Virus record (IMG/VR): IMGVR_UViG_3300027976_003189
Strand: one strand, 5' to 3'
Source: a virus
Length of the DNA: 64,000 bases
The notes beneath the pieces are model-generated. The model made no database searches. It was not told the origin of the DNA and saw nothing but the letters and a program-made list of their open reading frames with translations. Position 1 is the first letter of the stretch; every line of letters begins with the position of its first letter. Positions 9,660 through 19,341 of this stretch are shown here, in pieces. The position numbers and the translations under genes are program-made.

Positions 9660-10592
9660 TTATTTGAGATGAGTATCCTGGAATCGGAACTCCTGTAACT
9701 CCTCTTCCTCTGCAAACCATTTAATTACGGCAGCTTGAAGCAAAGACCCTTTGCTTATCTTACCGTAATCAATGCTGCTAGGCCAAGAGTTGTATATAAA
9801 TCTCTTCGGATGAATTAGGATAGAATTATCAGAAACTAAATAATTTTCACAAATACCGTCACCAACTTCAATTGTATTTTCATCTAATAACTGTCTAACT
9901 GTAAATTCTTGAGTCTTATACTGATCTTCTATAAAAGCTCTTAAAACACTTTGTTTTGGGAATGTAGGCTGAGATATACTAGTATCTTCAAATATAGATG
10001 AATCAGCAACCTTTAGAAAAATATCTCCAGCTGTAGCATCTGCTGTTAAAGATGTTATTTCATAGTCTCCAATAAGTGGATATATATTTCTCTTTAATCC
10101 ATGCTGTATAGCTTCTACCATTTGCATTATAAATCTTAACCCATCCTCATGAGTTGATTCCAAGGCATAAATAGTAACTTCTATTTCATATCTTTCTTTT
10201 GTACTTTCTAGTGTCATCCACTCTGAATTTCTACTTATAGCATTTACGGTTATAGCAGGGTACATAGGAATAACATCAGGGTCTCCTATATATATGCCAT
10301 TAACAATCATTTGATTAATAGCTTTTTCTATAACAGAGTTTTGGTCAACAGTCCAGTTGTACAATATTGGAGATGATAGTCTTACATAATTATTATCTAT
10401 AACTTCAGATATTATTAAATCAACTTCATACTGTAATGGGTCATGAAGAAGAATTTCGTCTCCCTCTCTGAATCTTAATGTTGAATTTAACTTAATAACA
10501 GTATCACCAACATTTGCGTCTTCCGTAAGAGGAGAAGCAGTTGTTGTCCATCTTCGGACAATTCGTCTAATGCTGTCTAATACTGCTTCCAT
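9660..10592 (-). CDS. Tail terminator/completion-like protein with two inserted beta domains
   Basis: Core IYIGDPDVIPMYPAITV...YEIEVTIY...MVEAIQHGL is a typical terminator pattern; inserts SPLTEDANVGDTVIKL and TSLTADATAGDIFLKV. Confidence 0.55.
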   Translation of the reverse strand: MEAVLDSIRRIVRRWTTTASPLTEDANVGDTVIKLNSTLRFREGDEILLHDPLQYEVDLIISEVIDNNYVRLSSPILYNWTVDQNSVIEKAINQMIVNGIYIGDPDVIPMYPAITVNAISRNSEWMTLESTKERYEIEVTIYALESTHEDGLRFIMQMVEAIQHGLKRNIYPLIGDYEITSLTADATAGDIFLKVADSSIFEDTSISQPTFPKQSVLRAFIEDQYKTQEFTVRQLLDENTIEVGDGICENYLVSDNSILIHPKRFIYNSWPSSIDYGKISKGSLLQAAVIKWFAEEEELQEFRFQDTHLK

Positions 10593-10600
10593 TATATCCC

Positions 10601-10885
10601 TTATAGTCCACTAGTTAACTTATTAATAAAATCATCAACTGCCTTATCAACTATATCATCTATAGATTCTTCATCATCCGCGGAAAGTTCGCCTGTCTCT
10701 TTTAATATATCCAACTTTTCCTGAGCAATAGCATCTTTATTATTTTTTGATAAAGTTGGTTTTTGTCTTAAATTTTCCTTATTACCAACTCCAGGGCCTA
10801 TATAAGATCCTCCATCGAAAACCATATTTGATTTTCCTATCCTATCCATTATGTTCAATAGATTCTGAATATCATCCGACATCAT
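10601..10885 (-). CDS. Hypothetical protein in the neck module
   Basis: 94-aa ORF with SD, overlapping the neighbouring stop codon. Confidence 0.55.
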   Translation of the reverse strand: MMSDDIQNLLNIMDRIGKSNMVFDGGSYIGPGVGNKENLRQKPTLSKNNKDAIAQEKLDILKETGELSADDEESIDDIVDKAVDDFINKLTSGL

Positions 10886-11588
10886 CTATCTCCTTAGCCG
10901 CATCAGTACCCTTATGAGTATCATACTGTGCAGGAATAGTAGGATCGAAAAGTCTTCTACCAATTCTTAAATACCCATGAAGAACAGTAATACCCCTAAG
11001 TATATTATTAAGATGCTGTCTTGCTAATTTTCTTAGATTGCTACCATATTCAGACTTGCTAGGAGATACCTGAGCCATAAAATATTTATCATAAATATCA
11101 GCTGAAGCTAGCCTGGCACAAACTAAAGGAATAGGATCAGGATATTTTACCCTTATTACTCTTGTTCCAGCATTAAATGAAGTGAATATCTCTTCTACGG
11201 TAGAAAATACCCCACTTGCTACCATGTCTTCAATTGTAAATCTTTCTTCATTAACCCCGTCAGTTATGATAATATTATCACCAGCAGTTAATGGGCATTT
11301 TTTGTCTAATATTATATACGAATTATATTCTGCTATATCAGATTGTAATGATGTTTCAAAATCTGCCATTTCACAAAAAGGTGTTTTATATTGATGACTT
11401 AAAGTTGCATCAATTTCTTGACCTGCAAATTGAATATACTGTTCAATAATATCTGTAGGAACAGTATTTTTATCAAGAACTCTTCCTACTCTTAATAAAG
11501 CACCTCGACCTGTTAATGTAGATGTAGTAGCACTTGTAAGAGCCTGGGCCAAGATTCTTTCGACTTCTACTAATGTACAATAGCCCAT
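10872..11588 (-). CDS. Mu gp36-like (DUF1320) head-tail adaptor with an inserted beta domain
   Basis: MGYCT..., IQFAGQEIDATLSHQYKTP, IPLVCARLASADIY and LRKLARQHLNNILRG match the gp36 pattern (A..EID.YL..RY..P; P..L...C..IA.Y; Y..A...L..I..G). Confidence 0.65.
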   Translation of the reverse strand: MGYCTLVEVERILAQALTSATTSTLTGRGALLRVGRVLDKNTVPTDIIEQYIQFAGQEIDATLSHQYKTPFCEMADFETSLQSDIAEYNSYIILDKKCPLTAGDNIIITDGVNEERFTIEDMVASGVFSTVEEIFTSFNAGTRVIRVKYPDPIPLVCARLASADIYDKYFMAQVSPSKSEYGSNLRKLARQHLNNILRGITVLHGYLRIGRRLFDPTIPAQYDTHKGTDAAKEIDDVG

Positions 11589-11595
11589 TTAAGAT

Positions 11596-12669
11596 TTACT
11601 CCATTGATTTTGCAACGGTATCGTCTTTAGACTGTTGCATTTTGCGATAAGCACTTGCTGCATATGTTAAACAACCCTTAACAACTGCGTTTCTCGGGTC
11701 TTTTGCATGCCTAACTGATTTAATCACAAAAGGCAATTCAAGACTACTTATAACTTCACTAACTTTATCGCAAAATCCTTTAGGCATTGATGTGCCACCT
11801 GCAACAACAACTTCCAATGGAGCTTCAAACTGGCTTTTAACCTTTTGGAAATGAGAACTAAACTTAGAAAATACAAATTCAATCATAGATGTATAGTATG
11901 CATTAAGAGCAAAGATAATATCATCGTCATCTTTCAAATTCCCGAAATCCAATTCTACTTCTTTCTTCTTGGTAACCTGAGAGATAGGAGCACCAGTCGC
12001 CTCAGATACCTTCTGGTCGATCCAGTCTCCTGATCTAGCGGCTGACATGCCCAATACCTGTAAACCCTTGTAAGCTAATACGCAGTTGACTCTGCCAGCT
12101 CCAAAGCTGATACCAATACCGCTATATGGTCTTTCTACTTCCTTACCATCTACGATTTCTGTAATAGATGGTCTTTCACCAAGAACTACGGCATGGCCCT
12201 CTTCAATTACTTTTACATTATAACCAAGTTGCTGAAGCATACCACTTATTCTAGCTTTATGAAAAGCACTGTCAGGAGAATCATCTACAGATGGTGAAGA
12301 TACGCATGTACAAACTACAGATGTTTTATCAGGTGCTTTCCCTATTGCATTTTTAATCATTTCTGATAAAACTAGCATTTTCTTTTCTTCGCCCTTATTA
12401 AGAACACCATCTTGCAATGGTCTACGCAATTCCACTTTACCTGGAAACATATTAGCTACTCTAAGAGAGTCTTCCCCAAGAACATAATAATGCTTACCAT
12501 CTTTAACATATTGCCAAGAATTTTGTTTCAATATGTCTTCTATATCATCTGTAGCTGCAATTTCCACAAATGCATTACGCATTGTTTTTATTGACACATT
12601 TCCACCAGAGCTTTCTTCAGCAGTTTGAAAAAACATTGTACCAAGGTCAACTCCTAATATCTTACTCAT
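11596..12669 (-). CDS. Actin-fold ATPase, salactin/MamK/MreB-like
   Basis: Phosphate-1 GVDLGTM, connect-1 VIEEGHAVV, phosphate-2 GISFGAGRVN, adenosine VVVAGGTS, connect-2 DPRNAVVKGC. Confidence 0.9.
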   Translation of the reverse strand: MSKILGVDLGTMFFQTAEESSGGNVSIKTMRNAFVEIAATDDIEDILKQNSWQYVKDGKHYYVLGEDSLRVANMFPGKVELRRPLQDGVLNKGEEKKMLVLSEMIKNAIGKAPDKTSVVCTCVSSPSVDDSPDSAFHKARISGMLQQLGYNVKVIEEGHAVVLGERPSITEIVDGKEVERPYSGIGISFGAGRVNCVLAYKGLQVLGMSAARSGDWIDQKVSEATGAPISQVTKKKEVELDFGNLKDDDDIIFALNAYYTSMIEFVFSKFSSHFQKVKSQFEAPLEVVVAGGTSMPKGFCDKVSEVISSLELPFVIKSVRHAKDPRNAVVKGCLTYAASAYRKMQQSKDDTVAKSME

Positions 12670-12702
12670 AATATAATCTCCTTACTAATATAATCGAAAA
12701 AA

Positions 12703-13257
12703 TCATAACAATCCATCAAGCTCTTTTGCTCTTTCCGAAGGAGAATCTTTGATATTTTCTTCTGTATAACTTATATTTGCTTCTAAATCTTTAGTCATAT
12801 TCTTAACAGCCTTGGCGTGTATAGAATTTAATATATCTTCATCAATATTATCAGAAGGTCTATTGGATCTACTTTCCGATCTTATTTCTGATTTACTTTC
12901 GTAAATAATAGATGGTTTCTGATTCTGCAATAAACTAGTTAGTTGTTGCAAAACAGAAGTTAAATCAGGGTTATTTCCCATACCTGATATAGCCTTTTTT
13001 AATTCCTTCATGTCATCTTTAATAGATTTCAAATCGGGATTGTCAGATTGTCTCTCTACTGGAGGTGGCTCTTTAGGTTTTACTGATCCTCTTACTTCCA
13101 GAATACCTTGGTGAATAAGAGTCTTTAAATCAGAAGATGATAATATTTTATTTTTAGAACATAGCTTTTCTAAATCAATACCTATCTTACTTTGTAAAAC
13201 TACATTTAGATCTTGTATCACTACAGATCTGTTTGTTTTATTAACAATGAAATACAT
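12703..13257 (-). CDS. Hypothetical protein upstream of the actin gene (candidate adaptor)
   Basis: 184 aa: small N-terminal domain, Pro-rich linker, short coiled coil (DLKSIKDDMKELKKAI), charged tail. Confidence 0.6.
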   Translation of the reverse strand: MYFIVNKTNRSVVIQDLNVVLQSKIGIDLEKLCSKNKILSSSDLKTLIHQGILEVRGSVKPKEPPPVERQSDNPDLKSIKDDMKELKKAISGMGNNPDLTSVLQQLTSLLQNQKPSIIYESKSEIRSESRSNRPSDNIDEDILNSIHAKAVKNMTKDLEANISYTEENIKDSPSERAKELDGLL

Positions 13258-13448
13258 TATCTAACTCTTGATTTAGGTAGTTTATTAACAACAGATTCTA
13301 ATGATAGTTCACATACAGACTTACACTCAGGACAAATATATAATATCTTCTTTTCTGCAAAGTTAATTTCTAAAGAAGGCTCTTGAGTCGTATGACGACA
13401 TTGTACATTACAGCATACAGCCATTATTTTAGGAATGTTTATCGGCAT
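13257..13448 (-). CDS. Small zinc-ribbon protein
   Basis: CCNVQC ... CPEC in 63 aa, overlapping both neighbours. Confidence 0.6.
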   Translation of the reverse strand: MPINIPKIMAVCCNVQCRHTTQEPSLEINFAEKKILYICPECKSVCELSLESVVNKLPKSRVR

Positions 13449-16089
13449 AGGCTTTCTCTATATGCTTTCTTACGATACTAGCATATTTATCTTGTAATAT
13501 AGAAATCTTTTCATCTATAAATTTCATGCTACTATGAGCATAATTATACTTACTCATTTGCTTTTTTATTTTTATAAGAGTAGAAGATTCTTTAACATAT
13601 GCTGTCTTGATTTTTTGCATACCTGAAGCTAGTGTTCTCCAGTTTTCTGGAAACTTCTCTTTATCCAACAAGCCGTAATCCATAAGAGCATTATTCCACT
13701 TTCTTTCAGGCTTTCTCTCTTCCCATGAATCCGGAGTAAGAGCTTCTCCGTTAAACTTCTCTTCAGGATCGGGAGATTTATGATAACCTAAAATTGTTCT
13801 CAATAATGGAGCGGCTCTCATATCTTTTAGCCATGAACTTCTTCCCCCTCCTAATTGGTTATCAAATCCAAGGTAGCGATTCTGATAGCCTATTAGATCC
13901 ATAAAGTTTCTTCTAACAGATGGTGGATATTTGTGCTGGCTCGGTTCTTTGCCATTTTGGTCTTTAACCATCGATACTAATACGGCAGGGGCTACATCTG
14001 AAAAAAAGTTTTTAGCTCTTTCTCGCAAAGTACTTACTCTCGCTGGGTCTGAAGGCGATGGTCTATCTGCAATAAATTTCTCAAAATATTCTACACCTTG
14101 CCCTTGCATCCTAAGAGTCCTCTCTACCTCCTGTTCACTAATTTCAAGTTCTTTTGCTATTTGCTGAGATGGTTTTCCTAATTCATACCCTGATAGAACA
14201 GCCTTTTTCTTATTCAGTGAATCAGAAAGATACTTACTAATTAGCTGTGGTTTTATCAATTTGCTATAATTCTTAATTTCAAATACACCCTGGGGTGTTG
14301 ACTTATAAAATTTAATTGTTACTCCATCAGAACCCTTAACAGAAAATTCTTGACCTTTACCTATGCTTTTATTTATTTTATCAATTTCACTGCGGTCCAT
14401 CGTTCGCCCCATCAGCCCGCGAACTTGTTTTTCAGAAAATTGAGATATCATCTCTACGAAATCAGCCTTTGCATACATATCATGGTCAAGGCCACCTGGA
14501 TTTCTCTTATCCGCCATCTGCCGCATTGTCTTAGCAACCTCCATACCAAGATCCGCAACGCTCTTAATCTCCTTATGCTTTAAAGAAGAAAAAGTAGTCC
14601 ATGCACTATTATTAGAAGGAAGTTCAGAAAGAGGTTCGTTAATAATATTTTGCTCAACCTGCTCAATACCAATACCCAACAATGACTTTACGGCTTCATT
14701 CATATTATCAATCATATCCTGAGTAACAGAATCTAATCCCTCATCTAATCCCTCAAGTAGCCTATATGCCTCAACTTTACTTGCGTCACTAGATTGTGGA
14801 TTCAGAAGTGTTTCCTTAGCTTCTTCTTTAGCAGAAGCCATGCTTGGAGGATCATTTTCGTCAACTGCTAAAGTTCTATTAGAAACTCCATCAGTATTTG
14901 TCACATCAATATTCCGTGTCCCTTTAGATATATTCCTGTTTTGTACATTCAGTTGGGCATTTCCTAAATAAGTACGAATATACTTCAAAATAGATTTATC
15001 ACTTGCAGTACCATCTCCGTAAATAAGATCATTCATCTTTTTAAGCAATTCTGGCTTTTGCTGCTTCAATATAGCATTAAATTTTTTGTTTCCAGCTTCA
15101 TCTTCTATATTTTTTAAGAATTTGAATACTTTTGAATACGATTTTTTCGTACTAGACAAATCTACCCTTAACTCCCTAATTGGATTACCATATTTATCCT
15201 CTCTTACATGAAGATATTTTTTAAAGAGACTATAATCTAATTTAGGAGCATTGACTGGTATTTTAACTGGCAGAGTTTCATTAGAGTTTTCTGGATCTGG
15301 ACCTGTTACATTTTTTTCCTTAATACTACTAAGTAATCCATATTTACCATCTTCTCTTAGTTCTAGTAAATTGTTTTCCTTCAATTCCGATATAACACTT
15401 TTTGGTAATTTACTGAGATTTTTTTTAAAAAATCCAATCCTTTGGTCAACACTAAACCCTTCATCTCCTCTTCTTGCATCCTTCTTTGCTTTTGGATCTC
15501 CTAAAAGATATGTTATTGCATATTGAAATGCATCTTGACCAACTTGCCCCTCTCTATTGATATATGCTTGGAATTTATCAGGATTAAGAATATACATATT
15601 ATAGAATCCATTGATTTGCTCACTTAGACCACTTATCTTACTCCATTTTTCACCAAACCAATCTGGTTTGTCGGAAAAAAACTTAGCCCTTTTTTGACTA
15701 TTTTGCTCAACATCGTCCGTAACAGTATTAGCATGTGGAAGGCTGTTTACAGGATCAGTGGTAGGATCAGGAGTAGTCGCAGCAACAGGAGGTAATAAAT
15801 CCTGAATGTTCTTTGGCAAGGGCGCACCATTGTACATTTTTTGTATAGAAAGAGCAGCATCTCTTTTTTGCTCTGGCGTTGCCATTGGATTATCTATAAC
15901 TTCAAATGGATCATTTGATTCTTCCTGTTGCTGAATAGCATATTCATCTTTATCAGTATCATCATAAGAATCATCATAAGAATCATTTGGCCTATATTGA
16001 TCTTCCCCTTTTTGCAACTCCCAAGGAGCAGCAGCAACTTTAGAAATATCTTTTTTAGCCAATTTGCCAAGTAATTTCTTAATATCCAT
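13429..16089 (-). CDS. Large hypothetical protein (886 aa) with HTH-like segment; paralog of 16209-18050
   Basis: Shares SVDQR[IL]xFF and other blocks with 16209-18050; KPSQQIAKELEISEQEVERTL is HTH-like; SD GGAGA. Confidence 0.8.
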   Translation of the reverse strand: MDIKKLLGKLAKKDISKVAAAPWELQKGEDQYRPNDSYDDSYDDTDKDEYAIQQQEESNDPFEVIDNPMATPEQKRDAALSIQKMYNGAPLPKNIQDLLPPVAATTPDPTTDPVNSLPHANTVTDDVEQNSQKRAKFFSDKPDWFGEKWSKISGLSEQINGFYNMYILNPDKFQAYINREGQVGQDAFQYAITYLLGDPKAKKDARRGDEGFSVDQRIGFFKKNLSKLPKSVISELKENNLLELREDGKYGLLSSIKEKNVTGPDPENSNETLPVKIPVNAPKLDYSLFKKYLHVREDKYGNPIRELRVDLSSTKKSYSKVFKFLKNIEDEAGNKKFNAILKQQKPELLKKMNDLIYGDGTASDKSILKYIRTYLGNAQLNVQNRNISKGTRNIDVTNTDGVSNRTLAVDENDPPSMASAKEEAKETLLNPQSSDASKVEAYRLLEGLDEGLDSVTQDMIDNMNEAVKSLLGIGIEQVEQNIINEPLSELPSNNSAWTTFSSLKHKEIKSVADLGMEVAKTMRQMADKRNPGGLDHDMYAKADFVEMISQFSEKQVRGLMGRTMDRSEIDKINKSIGKGQEFSVKGSDGVTIKFYKSTPQGVFEIKNYSKLIKPQLISKYLSDSLNKKKAVLSGYELGKPSQQIAKELEISEQEVERTLRMQGQGVEYFEKFIADRPSPSDPARVSTLRERAKNFFSDVAPAVLVSMVKDQNGKEPSQHKYPPSVRRNFMDLIGYQNRYLGFDNQLGGGRSSWLKDMRAAPLLRTILGYHKSPDPEEKFNGEALTPDSWEERKPERKWNNALMDYGLLDKEKFPENWRTLASGMQKIKTAYVKESSTLIKIKKQMSKYNYAHSSMKFIDEKISILQDKYASIVRKHIEKAYADKHS

Positions 16090-16155
16090 AATATCTTCTC
16101 CAGTTTAATTCTACACAACTATATATCTTTCGACATTGTTTATACTAAATCCTTG

Positions 16156-16185
16156 AAAAAAAAGCCAGCCTTACAGGCTGGCTTT
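16156..16185 (-). terminator. Intrinsic terminator
   Basis: 11-bp stem aaagccagcct / aggctggcttt with a 3-nt loop, followed by a T tract on the minus strand, just after 16209-18050. Confidence 0.85.
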
Positions 16186-16208
16186 CGTTATTAAGATTTT
16201 CTTATATC

Positions 16209-18050
16209 TTACTTCTTTTTAGGTAAAGAAGATACAATATACATTCTTTCTCTTTCCAATATATCTTTGTGATCAGGATTATTATAACTAAGAGGATCGC
16301 CAATCGCTTCAAAATACATTCTGGTATTACTCAATCCTGATTCTCTGTTAACGTTCCACCCCCAGCTAACGCCTCCTATTATATACTGATGAACTCCAAG
16401 TATATTAAGGAGATCTATACGAGATTCAGCAGGATGGTCTTCCTTAACAGCAAGCATAATAGGAAGCATCTCGACCCACCAGTGACCAAAATGATTCTTT
16501 ATGGATCGTCTAGTCTTAGCATCAAAATTCAAATTAGCCAGCTTTCTTGTTACTTCCAAAGGCTGTAACAAGATGTTATCTATAAAATCCTTATTTACCA
16601 TAAGTCTCTTAGATATCTCTCCGTATTTCTCATGCTTAGTAACGATTTCAGGAATTAACGCAATGTCTATTCCTTTTTCGCGTAACAGGTGAACAAATCT
16701 CTTGAATTGAGAGATTTCTTTAATCTCTTTAATCAAGTCAGTTGGGGAGATAAGCTTAGATAAATCCCTATTGCCATCATAATGAATAACGATACTAGAA
16801 CCCTTCTGTCTATAGCATAAACCCTTTTCGCTAACTCTTTTTCTAGCCTGCTCATTCTCAGGAACAAACAATTCAGAAATCTGACGTAAAGAAAGATGAA
16901 TGACAGCCTCCAAACACTCTGCTCTCTCCATACTCTTCATCTTACACTTTGCTCTTAAGGTCTTAACAATATACTCTCCAAGAGCTTTAGTATAGTCTAA
17001 AGACTCTTTAGTAATAGCTGCGACCTTTTCAGCTCTATCTGTTTTTTCCTCTGGAGTATCATCCCTGAAATCTACTCTTTTGCTCGAAACCATAAAAGAA
17101 GACTTAGCATCAAGAAAGGAAGGCAAAGATGGATCATTATCGCCAATAAGAGTACCAACGTCTCCGCTATAGGATGTTTCTTTCTTTTTTCTACGCCATT
17201 CTTTACCAAGAGAAGTTCTTGCTCTGTTATACATATGGTATGTAACCCAACACTTAATATCTTCGCTATCATTGCAAATCAATTCCATCAATTTAGAAAT
17301 AAGTCCATCCTTCTTTTCAGGAGAAGTATCATCCTTTACAGTTTCCAATGCTGCTAAAACAATAGATAACAAAGCCTTATCAGGCTTGATACATTTGTGG
17401 CCTTCATTACTGCTATTCTTAATTTTTATCTTTCTTGCTTCATCTATGCTTCTGTATCCAGCCTTCTTTTCTAAAGAAGATATTTCCTCTCTACTCTTAG
17501 ACAAAACCATAACCTTACGTAAAGCAATAGATGCCCTAGTTGTCATATTGGAAGAATAGAATACAAAGAAATATAATCTCTGGTCAACGCTTCTTGAATC
17601 AGGCTCTCCTAATGCATGAGCCACCCCATCAAGACCACCATCTTGGACAACATCATTGTTATTTATAAACTTAGAATACCTAGATAAAGTTGTAACCTTA
17701 TCAAGCAAAAAACCAGGGTTAAGTCTAAGGAATTCTGAAGCGTGACTGCTAAAAGAAAGCAAGTCACTTGACTTTCTGTTTCTTTTATCGCCAGGATGAT
17801 TGGTATAAGCTTCGCCAAAATTAGCAAAGAGAGTCTGTAAAAACTTGTCTGACTTGTCTCCAATGAGATTTTCGCAGACTTCCCCAAAGATAACTCGGTC
17901 TTGCGCATCCATCCATTCCTGTGGATAAGCTACGCATGATGCTTTATCTTTATTCCTTTTTACGAATCTCTCCATTTCAGTAAGAAATGGACTTTCATAC
18001 TTCGGTTCATCAGCTCCGCCCACAACTTCCATGTTCCACGGATTCGCCAT
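16209..18050 (-). CDS. Large hypothetical protein (613 aa); paralog of 13429-16089
   Basis: Long ORF with shared blocks LNP...LG[ED]P, SVDQRLYFF, NDPSLPSFLDAK, SKLISP. Confidence 0.8.
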   Translation of the reverse strand: MANPWNMEVVGGADEPKYESPFLTEMERFVKRNKDKASCVAYPQEWMDAQDRVIFGEVCENLIGDKSDKFLQTLFANFGEAYTNHPGDKRNRKSSDLLSFSSHASEFLRLNPGFLLDKVTTLSRYSKFINNNDVVQDGGLDGVAHALGEPDSRSVDQRLYFFVFYSSNMTTRASIALRKVMVLSKSREEISSLEKKAGYRSIDEARKIKIKNSSNEGHKCIKPDKALLSIVLAALETVKDDTSPEKKDGLISKLMELICNDSEDIKCWVTYHMYNRARTSLGKEWRRKKKETSYSGDVGTLIGDNDPSLPSFLDAKSSFMVSSKRVDFRDDTPEEKTDRAEKVAAITKESLDYTKALGEYIVKTLRAKCKMKSMERAECLEAVIHLSLRQISELFVPENEQARKRVSEKGLCYRQKGSSIVIHYDGNRDLSKLISPTDLIKEIKEISQFKRFVHLLREKGIDIALIPEIVTKHEKYGEISKRLMVNKDFIDNILLQPLEVTRKLANLNFDAKTRRSIKNHFGHWWVEMLPIMLAVKEDHPAESRIDLLNILGVHQYIIGGVSWGWNVNRESGLSNTRMYFEAIGDPLSYNNPDHKDILERERMYIVSSLPKKK

Positions 18051-18116
18051 TGATAACCTTCTTTCTGCTTGAGTTTACCCAAAACGTTTGGGTATTTTGC
18101 TTCGTCTTTGACTATT

Positions 18117-18833
18117 CTATTCTAAACTGTATCTATCTTCGATTGATGCCACCAGAGGATGACGAACGATGCAAGTCCTGTCCATCTCCACGATACCAAC
18201 ATTTTCCAGATTGTCAAGTCGCTCAATTATGTCTGAGAGGCCATTTTTATTACGAATGTCACTTTGTGAAACATCTCCGGTAATAACCACTTTCGATCCC
18301 ATACCCATGCGGGTAAGAAACATCCGCATTTGTTGTGGCAAAGTGTTTTGCATTTCATCCGCTATGACAAATGCGTTTTTGAAAGTGATACCCCTGTGGT
18401 AAGCCAATGGGATTGTAACAATCTTTCCTTCTTCTATTAACAGATTAAGGTCTGTTTTCCGGAGAGACTCAAGAAGAATATCCCAGATTGGTATTAAATA
18501 CGGTGCAATCTTCGCATTGAAGTCTCCCGGAAGGAATCCCAGTGATTCACCGCATGCTTCAATACACGGTCTTGTTATAATAAGTTTTTGATAATTACCC
18601 CAAATCAGCTGCTGTAATCCAAAGATCGTTGCTAAGTGGGTCTTTCCGGTTCCCGGAGCTCCATGTAAAATGGTTAAGTCGTTATCTTTTATAATTTTAA
18701 TTGCATTTTTTTGAGCATTATTAAGAGCCGAAAGAGAAATCTTTAACTTTTGGTCTTGATTTAACTTTGGATTTTGAATTTTACTTTGTTCCTTACGCTT
18801 ATCGGTTACGGTAAATTTCTTTTTTTTTGACAA
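18117..18833 (-). CDS. phoH: PhoH family ATPase
   Basis: GAPGTGKT, ITRP, LGFLPGD, RGITF, IADEMQN, LTRMG, ITGDVSQSD. Likely TTG start at 18833 after AGAGGAATAAT (track starts at 18878). Confidence 0.95.
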   Translation of the reverse strand: MSKKKKFTVTDKRKEQSKIQNPKLNQDQKLKISLSALNNAQKNAIKIIKDNDLTILHGAPGTGKTHLATIFGLQQLIWGNYQKLIITRPCIEACGESLGFLPGDFNAKIAPYLIPIWDILLESLRKTDLNLLIEEGKIVTIPLAYHRGITFKNAFVIADEMQNTLPQQMRMFLTRMGMGSKVVITGDVSQSDIRNKNGLSDIIERLDNLENVGIVEMDRTCIVRHPLVASIEDRYSLE

Positions 18834-18834
18834 A

Positions 18835-19287
18835 TTATTCCTCTTCCCCTTTTCTGAGTAAACATATAAGGTTATCATTAAGTTTGCAAACAGTAGGACT
18901 TAGTTCTCCAACTATGAATCCTGAATATCTAAATTTAGGGTCAACATCTATAATTCTTAAAATAGCCTCTTCCCATACATCTCTTGGAAGATACACAGAT
19001 TTACCCATAAGTACCTTTGATCTAGCTCCAATTAGATCTATACCGTATTTATCTTTTATATCATCAATTATACCTTCTAATTGATCTGTAAAGTAAAGAC
19101 TTGTCCAACCACCGTCAATTATAGATTTTTTAATTGATTCTTTGTCATTCGCAGATAAACTACTGAAAATTATTTTCTTCTGATTAGGAGATAGACATTT
19201 AATGTAATGCCAATACTCTTCAAAGTCTTCGAAAATGTGAACAGAACTACTATTGTTGCTCATTTTACGTTCTCCAATTTGAATCAT
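18835..19287 (-). CDS. Hypothetical protein
   Basis: 150-aa ORF with SD AGGAG. Confidence 0.65.
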   Translation of the reverse strand: MIQIGERKMSNNSSSVHIFEDFEEYWHYIKCLSPNQKKIIFSSLSANDKESIKKSIIDGGWTSLYFTDQLEGIIDDIKDKYGIDLIGARSKVLMGKSVYLPRDVWEEAILRIIDVDPKFRYSGFIVGELSPTVCKLNDNLICLLRKGEEE

Positions 19288-19341
19288 CAGAATCTCCTAT
19301 TATAATTTTCAATAATGAAAAATAAAACCCTTTAACAATGT

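Noticed and set aside
6985-11588. Contractile tail sheath gene
   Set aside because: No sheath-sized ORF beside the tube gene in this window, so tail morphology is not called beyond 'long tail likely'.
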